64,000 bases of DNA from a virus. Its lineage: Duplodnaviria > Heunggongvirae > Uroviricota > Caudoviricetes. The position numbers were made by a program, and so were the translations under genes. Under the pieces are notes generated by a model, which was not told the DNA's origin, did not search any database, and saw only the letters and a program-made list of their open reading frames with translations. Below, piece after piece: positions 58,757-64,000 of this stretch. Position 1 is the first letter of the stretch. The number at the start of each line of letters is the position of its first letter. Where the stretch lies: positions 112,262 to 176,261 of IMG/VR virus record IMGVR_UViG_3300033068_001142; one strand, written 5' to 3'.

Positions 58757-59713
58757 TTAAGATAGTTTGTATTCGATTGAAGTAAAGCCTTCTTCTCGAA
58801 CTGGCATAGTGAATGATTTCTGCATATTGAACAGGACTTCATCTGGGATTACCTTCCCTGGTCGGTTTTCATTACGAGCATCGATAGTAGTTAATCTAGT
58901 TAGGAATACTACAGATTTGAATGAAGAGTTTGGAAGCTTAGCCATCATAGATCGTCTTGAAGATAGAGATAACATAGTCATGTCAACTAAGATAGGTGTT
59001 GAGTAGTCTTTAGATACCTTAAGAATGTGTGATTCAAATAAATTGTTAAAACAAGCAAGACTAACTTCGTCAGAATGAACTAAGTTATAGATTTCATTGT
59101 ATGGAAGGTCATCAGGATTAATGATAGGATCCATTAAAAATGTATCTCGTGAGACAATATTATGAGTGTCTTTGAACTGAGAAGCATAAGTTGACTTACC
59201 TGAACAAGGTAGTCCTGTTAGGATTGTAACTTCTCGCTTGTATTCAGAAGCTTGTTTAAGAAATTTACGAGGATCGTAATCCTTACGAATGTCTTTCAAA
59301 CTAATACGACCAACTGCGTCTGCATGTCTGAATAAATCCATATATGGGATTGTTAGTTGTTCGACATTGACTCCGTGAAGAGAAATAAGATTTAAGATTT
59401 GAATATTCTCTTGGTCTGATAATCCGAAGATTGGAAGGATATCTAGAGCTAAGTGTGTTGATACACCTTCGTGCCCTTTAAATGAGAATGATCCATCGTC
59501 TTTTGTTATTTTAACCATACACTTGCCTAAGTCATGAAGAATTGCAGCGATTTGAGGAACATAAGAGTCTGGTCTCCTAGATTTAAGGATTGAGTAAACC
59601 ATACAAGTGTGAGTCCAAACTGAGCCTTCAGCATGATATGGTGAGTTATGTTCTGTAGATTTCATTAGTTCTACGTAAATGGGGAAATGTTCTGTGAAAA
59701 GTTTTAGAAACAT
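58757..59713 (-). CDS. HD-domain / polynucleotide-kinase-like P-loop fusion (RNA end-healing)
   Basis: YHAEGSVWTHT, LHDLGK, FKGHEGVS; GLPCSGKST, VSRD, DMT, R..SF..P. Confidence 0.75.
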   Translation of the reverse strand: MFLKLFTEHFPIYVELMKSTEHNSPYHAEGSVWTHTCMVYSILKSRRPDSYVPQIAAILHDLGKCMVKITKDDGSFSFKGHEGVSTHLALDILPIFGLSDQENIQILNLISLHGVNVEQLTIPYMDLFRHADAVGRISLKDIRKDYDPRKFLKQASEYKREVTILTGLPCSGKSTYASQFKDTHNIVSRDTFLMDPIINPDDLPYNEIYNLVHSDEVSLACFNNLFESHILKVSKDYSTPILVDMTMLSLSSRRSMMAKLPNSSFKSVVFLTRLTTIDARNENRPGKVIPDEVLFNMQKSFTMPVREEGFTSIEYKLS

Positions 59714-59737
59714 TGATGTCCTTAATTAAGATAAGAC

Positions 59738-60592
59738 TTAGAATAAATCTAAGTCTAAAATTTTGAATTTATCCGATGAAGGAATATTGTGATATTGAGA
59801 TACTGAATTCGTAGTATAAATAGTATCAATACCTGATTCGAAGATTGGATCTAAACCGTAAGTGAAAAATCCATGAGTTACATAAAGATTAACTGTGCAA
59901 TTAGGTTGGATAGCCTTGATAGCTTTAGTTAGTTCAATGAATGTTCGCCCACCATCACAAATGTCGTCTACGATTAGTAGAATTTTGTTATCAAGTTGTT
60001 CAGGAGTTGCATATACGATTGTGTTTGAAATTGAGTTGTCTTCAAGTGATCTAATCTTATCTGCCCTGATGAATGGTACCTTAGTTTTAGATGAGATATC
60101 CTGGATTTTCTTGTTTGCTCCTGCATCAGGAGATACTAATAAGTTCGCAGTAGTTAATGGATTTTGACCTAAAAGTAAGCAAGATTCATCAGCTAAAAGT
60201 GTTGAAACTGAAATATTACCAATATTATTGATTAAGGCTGTAGATACATCTGAATGGTTATCAGTAGTAATTATATAGCTCAGATTTAATGAATTAATAA
60301 TATTAGTGAATACTTTAAGAGAGAAAGATTCTCCTTGTGAGCAACGTCTGTCCTGTCTTGAATATGCACAGTAAGGCATAACTAATACGATTTTAATTAA
60401 AGGATTATAATGTCTGAATGCTTCTACTAATTGACAAAGCTCGATTAATTGATCTGATGATAGAATTGATCCTTCGATTAGTAAATCGTTGTTGGTGTCT
60501 TTGTAGTTTCCTTCAAGTTTAACTTGAATTTCCCCTGATTTGAATTTCTTGACTGAGTATGACCCGATGTTAATTTGAAAGTTTGGTTCCAT
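59738..60592 (-). CDS. Ribose-phosphate pyrophosphokinase homologue (Prs or Adps-like)
   Basis: FKSGEIQV, PYCAYSRQDR, DNHS, VSPDAGA, IVDDICDGGRTF. Confidence 0.88.
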   Translation of the reverse strand: MEPNFQINIGSYSVKKFKSGEIQVKLEGNYKDTNNDLLIEGSILSSDQLIELCQLVEAFRHYNPLIKIVLVMPYCAYSRQDRRCSQGESFSLKVFTNIINSLNLSYIITTDNHSDVSTALINNIGNISVSTLLADESCLLLGQNPLTTANLLVSPDAGANKKIQDISSKTKVPFIRADKIRSLEDNSISNTIVYATPEQLDNKILLIVDDICDGGRTFIELTKAIKAIQPNCTVNLYVTHGFFTYGLDPIFESGIDTIYTTNSVSQYHNIPSSDKFKILDLDLF

Positions 60593-61013
60593 TTATGAGT
60601 TCTTCCTTTAGTTTTAAATTACGTTTAATCATAAGATGGATTAGTAATTCTTTTAATGTGTTGTATGCTGAGTCTAAACCTGCTCTGTCATCTAGTAAGA
60701 TATTGAAGTAAGGTTTAGGTCCTGGGAATCTGTTAGCTAATGGTGAAGTATTATAATGGTCAATGTTAAGGTTTAATTCTTTCCATTTGTTTCTAACTAA
60801 TTGTTCGTCTTGATTAGCTGTCCATACGCATAGTGTGCAGTTATGGTCTTGTTGAAGAGTTCTTAACATTCCAACTAGTAGAGATGTATTAATACCTCGA
60901 TTGAAAGTATCATTGATCGTATCATCGAAGTCTACTCCGATAATGATGTTACCATGTCTGTTGTACTCTTCGATAAGACGATCAGATGCTAGTTTGTTGT
61001 CAGTGCAGAACAT
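60570..61013 (-). CDS. HAD-superfamily protein
   Basis: IGVDFDDTI, VWTA, KPYFNILLDDRAG. Confidence 0.7.
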   Translation of the reverse strand: MFCTDNKLASDRLIEEYNRHGNIIIGVDFDDTINDTFNRGINTSLLVGMLRTLQQDHNCTLCVWTANQDEQLVRNKWKELNLNIDHYNTSPLANRFPGPKPYFNILLDDRAGLDSAYNTLKELLIHLMIKRNLKLKEELINGTKLSN

Positions 61014-62515
61014 TATAATGATGCTCTCTTTCTGATAGCTGCGAAGTCCGTATCGAATGTTAAAGTACCATCTTTGAAGATAGTTCTTAATGCACCTGTA
61101 GCTTCTTGTTCAGGAGTACAGTTATCGATAAGAGTTAAGTCTTCAGTAACATGTAGTAATCCACAAGCTGATTTCTTACCAGTATCTGTTTTAACTGTCT
61201 TTTGGATAGGGATTAATGTACCATCGTATGTGAAGGCAGCAGTAGCCTTAACTACGTAACCTAAAGTATCTCGAGTGTTGTAGTTGTAGGCATATGATCC
61301 TTGACCGAATACAATGTTAGATGCTGCGTAACCTTTCTCCATCATTCTCTCAAGAATATCGTTAGCTCTTTGTGGAGTAATTGAATCTCCGTATATTAAG
61401 CCAACTTTTGGATTTAGTACTTTAAAGCCTTTAGAATTGATTGTACCACCAAATATATCCCAAAGGATGTCTAGGGTACCCTTGTACTCGTTTGAGTCTT
61501 CTGGGGCACTATAATCACCACAAATGATGTACTCAGGATTTCCAGAATCTGGTCTGAATACTGTCTTGCAAAGTCCCGTAGAGTCTGGTTGTCTAGCTAA
61601 GATAACAGGCTTAAGGTTTGCAGCGATTGTAGAGATTGTATTCCAGTAATCGTCTGTGTCTGATACAATTGAAATGATTCCAGTGTTGTATTGTGTTAGA
61701 AGTCTTCTGAAAGTTTCTTCTTCTGAAGATAGAGCGATTCCTAAACACATAATTGAATGCTCCGTAGCTGGTACTGAGAATGCTAATGGTAATTCGTTTG
61801 TGAAGTCATAATGTTGTTTAGCTGTTAATGCTGAGTGGACAGAGTCTGATCCCCAGAATTGAGTTAAATGAGCTATTCCTGACTTGATTGAGTCTTCAGT
61901 AGATGACATACCCCTAGCCGAGAAGTCGTGACCTTGGAAGATGATGTGTGAATTGTCATCACAAGTTAAAGCTGAATAGTGTTCATAGATTCTTCTGTAT
62001 GCTCTAGCCATAGTTGCTACTGTTGATGTTTTCCAGATGTTTTGAGATAAGTATGTTTCTAAATAATTAGGAAGCCATCCAAATCCTGGAATTGTAGCTT
62101 GACAAGTCATAACTGGAACTTGAGGGTTTGTGATTGTACCTTCAGGTAAAGCTTTGAAAACTAATGGTAAATAACCTAAATTATGTAAGTTAGTTACGTT
62201 TTTGATTAGTGTTGCTGTAGCTTCTTCGTTGTCCCCAATGAATGGTAAAGCAGTTGAGATGTATTCAGCTAATACTTCAGTCAAATTTCTGTTGAAGAAG
62301 TTTAATTTAAATGCATCAGTGATGTCTTTGATAGCCATCTCAACACCAAAAGATACTAGTTTGTTATCTTGAAATTGTTCTGGGATAAGTCTGTTGAAGT
62401 ATTTCATGCTTCTAGGAGTCATGTTAATATAGATGTTAGCTATATTATCTGGGTGCATAGCCATGTGGCCGAATTTGTAAGCATCAATAGCTAACATTGG
62501 GTTTTGAATAATCAT
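61013..62515 (-). CDS. Nicotinamide phosphoribosyltransferase homologue (Nampt or Namat-like)
   Basis: DAYKFGH, HDFSARG, PATEHS, SIVSD, RPDSG, IYGDSIT, GQGS. Confidence 0.9.
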   Translation of the reverse strand: MIIQNPMLAIDAYKFGHMAMHPDNIANIYINMTPRSMKYFNRLIPEQFQDNKLVSFGVEMAIKDITDAFKLNFFNRNLTEVLAEYISTALPFIGDNEEATATLIKNVTNLHNLGYLPLVFKALPEGTITNPQVPVMTCQATIPGFGWLPNYLETYLSQNIWKTSTVATMARAYRRIYEHYSALTCDDNSHIIFQGHDFSARGMSSTEDSIKSGIAHLTQFWGSDSVHSALTAKQHYDFTNELPLAFSVPATEHSIMCLGIALSSEEETFRRLLTQYNTGIISIVSDTDDYWNTISTIAANLKPVILARQPDSTGLCKTVFRPDSGNPEYIICGDYSAPEDSNEYKGTLDILWDIFGGTINSKGFKVLNPKVGLIYGDSITPQRANDILERMMEKGYAASNIVFGQGSYAYNYNTRDTLGYVVKATAAFTYDGTLIPIQKTVKTDTGKKSACGLLHVTEDLTLIDNCTPEQEATGALRTIFKDGTLTFDTDFAAIRKRASL

Positions 62516-62994
62516 TTAATATCCTTTAGTTTGTGTGCAACTATATCTAATGCTTTACCTAATAAGTTTTGACCTTGCCATTTTGATTCGTCTAAGCAAC
62601 GTTCGTCATTTTCATCTAATCCGATTCCCCAGATTTTATCATATGGAGAGGCTTCAACGAAAGTTTTGTTTGAATGTTGTTTGATTAGATTTAATAATAC
62701 TAAGTTTTGTGAGAATTTAAGCAAGTTACCTTTAATAACTATGGCTAGTTTATAAGCATCCCATACTTGAGCGTCAAAGTTTTTAACTTCTCGCCCTAAT
62801 GCTTTTACGTCTCTTGGAGATGAAGTTTTAAGTATTTTTTTAGCTGCTTCATGATCTGTAAATAGCATAGCTTTATGGTACATCATATAATGTTCAGCAG
62901 TTCTAAATTGAATTCCATCTTCGAAGAAGAATGAAGTATACCATTGACTAAATGGGCCATCCCAAAAGTATAGATGAGTATTTGTAATTTTCAT
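62512..62994 (-). CDS. NADAR (YbiA-like) protein
   Basis: FSQWY, TAEHYMMYHKA, KALGR, KFSQN, VEASPYDKIWGIG, GQNLLGKAL. Confidence 0.9.
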   Translation of the reverse strand: MKITNTHLYFWDGPFSQWYTSFFFEDGIQFRTAEHYMMYHKAMLFTDHEAAKKILKTSSPRDVKALGREVKNFDAQVWDAYKLAIVIKGNLLKFSQNLVLLNLIKQHSNKTFVEASPYDKIWGIGLDENDERCLDESKWQGQNLLGKALDIVAHKLKDIK

Positions 62995-63169
62995 AATTGA
63001 TCCTTAATTAAAATAGAGAGAGAGTCATAAGGCTCTCTCGTAAAACGAATATTCACTGGGAAGTATCTAGTCGTTGTTGAGTTTAGAATTGGAAAGTTCC
63101 AATCAAACGTATATTATTATTTGTATTTGTAAATGCGGAATGAGATTCTGGACAGAATCCGGGATTTGA

Positions 63170-64000
63170 TTAATTAAAGCAAGAGTCTACGTAGTTGTAT
63201 TTCTCGATAGCTTTAACCATCATGTTGTATGGAGTTATGTTGTTTAACTCGGATGTGTTCATCTCACAGATTAATTTCATGATTGCTGGAGAGTATCCGT
63301 TGATTAACATAGTTCCTGTGTCATGCATTGTTACTGGTTGTTGAGCAACTGCTACGTTAACTCTCCAGAAGATGATTAATGGAACTTCCATACCAGCAGC
63401 TGAGAATTTCTTTTTAGCTAATTCATAGTTAGTTGTGTTTGAACCACAGCTATTGAATTCCATGTCTGAGATGATTAAAAGAACTTTAGGTGCGTTCTCA
63501 GGAGATTTAGCTGAAGTTTTGATAATTAAATCGAATACAGCTTGGATGTTTGTAGACATTCCCCAGCTGTTGTAGTCTAAGTTTTGAACCCTCTCAGATA
63601 ATGAATTACCTTTAAGGACTTGAACTTTAGGTCTATCAGAGAAATTTAACCAAACGTCTTTGTATTCTCCGTGATTGTGCTCAGCGAAGTATAAACCTAA
63701 TCCGATTGAGATGTCAATAGCTTGAACTTGAGTTCCTGGAACTGAACAAGACATTGATCCTGATACGTCGATGATTGGTAAGATGTTCATAGGAGTAGTT
63801 ACGTAGTTAGGTAAGTTCTTCCATTGAGCATCAGCAGATTTAACTTCAGTTGCGTCATGATATCTGCTTCTTGCAGCTTTCAAAGATATGTGAACTAAGT
63901 CATGAGGGTAAAGAACAGAAGCGTTAACTTTAACTTCACCAGTATTAGCTTTGTTTAAGAATTGTTCGAATCTGCTTGAGTCGTTTACCTTGAAAGCTTT
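63170..64000 (-). CDS. DUF2828 / Ro60-like VWA-domain protein, 5' end beyond the window
   Basis: Frame open to the window edge; IDVSGSM (MIDAS), TNIQAVF, ISDMEF, IFWRV. Confidence 0.75.
   Translation of the reverse strand, partial: KAFKVNDSSRFEQFLNKANTGEVKVNASVLYPHDLVHISLKAARSRYHDATEVKSADAQWKNLPNYVTTPMNILPIIDVSGSMSCSVPGTQVQAIDISIGLGLYFAEHNHGEYKDVWLNFSDRPKVQVLKGNSLSERVQNLDYNSWGMSTNIQAVFDLIIKTSAKSPENAPKVLLIISDMEFNSCGSNTTNYELAKKKFSAAGMEVPLIIFWRVNVAVAQQPVTMHDTGTMLINGYSPAIMKLICEMNTSELNNITPYNMMVKAIEKYNYVDSCFN

Overview
AT-rich lytic phage genome segment of N4-like (Schitoviridae-like) type. The + strand (1-25247) carries the virion module: scaffold-like protein, N4-type major capsid protein, tail fibre, ejection proteins, and a virion RNA polymerase split into two genes (2310 + 1616 aa). 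Each half has exactly one cysteine, and both lie at the split point. The - strand (25239-64000) carries replication, nucleotide metabolism and accessory genes. Five of these genes are interrupted by group I introns whose splice junctions can be read from the sequence: PIN-PhoH, a ClpP-like protease, nrdA, a Sak4-like AAA ATPase and DNA polymerase A. Four introns carry HNH homing endonucleases and one is ORF-less. The most unusual locus is 49467-55721, an apparent operon: 40-aa peptide, ThiF/E1-like enzyme, possible E2-like protein, JAB peptidase and a retron-type reverse transcriptase. Downstream of the RT lie two complete but different msr-msd-like ncRNA cassettes and a third small structured RNA, each with its own -10 box. 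Also present: an NAD+ reconstitution/salvage set, an RNA repair set, tRNA-Asn with tRNA remnants, and a small ArfA/BrfA-like protein. All family assignments come from motif recognition by eye; no database searches were run.
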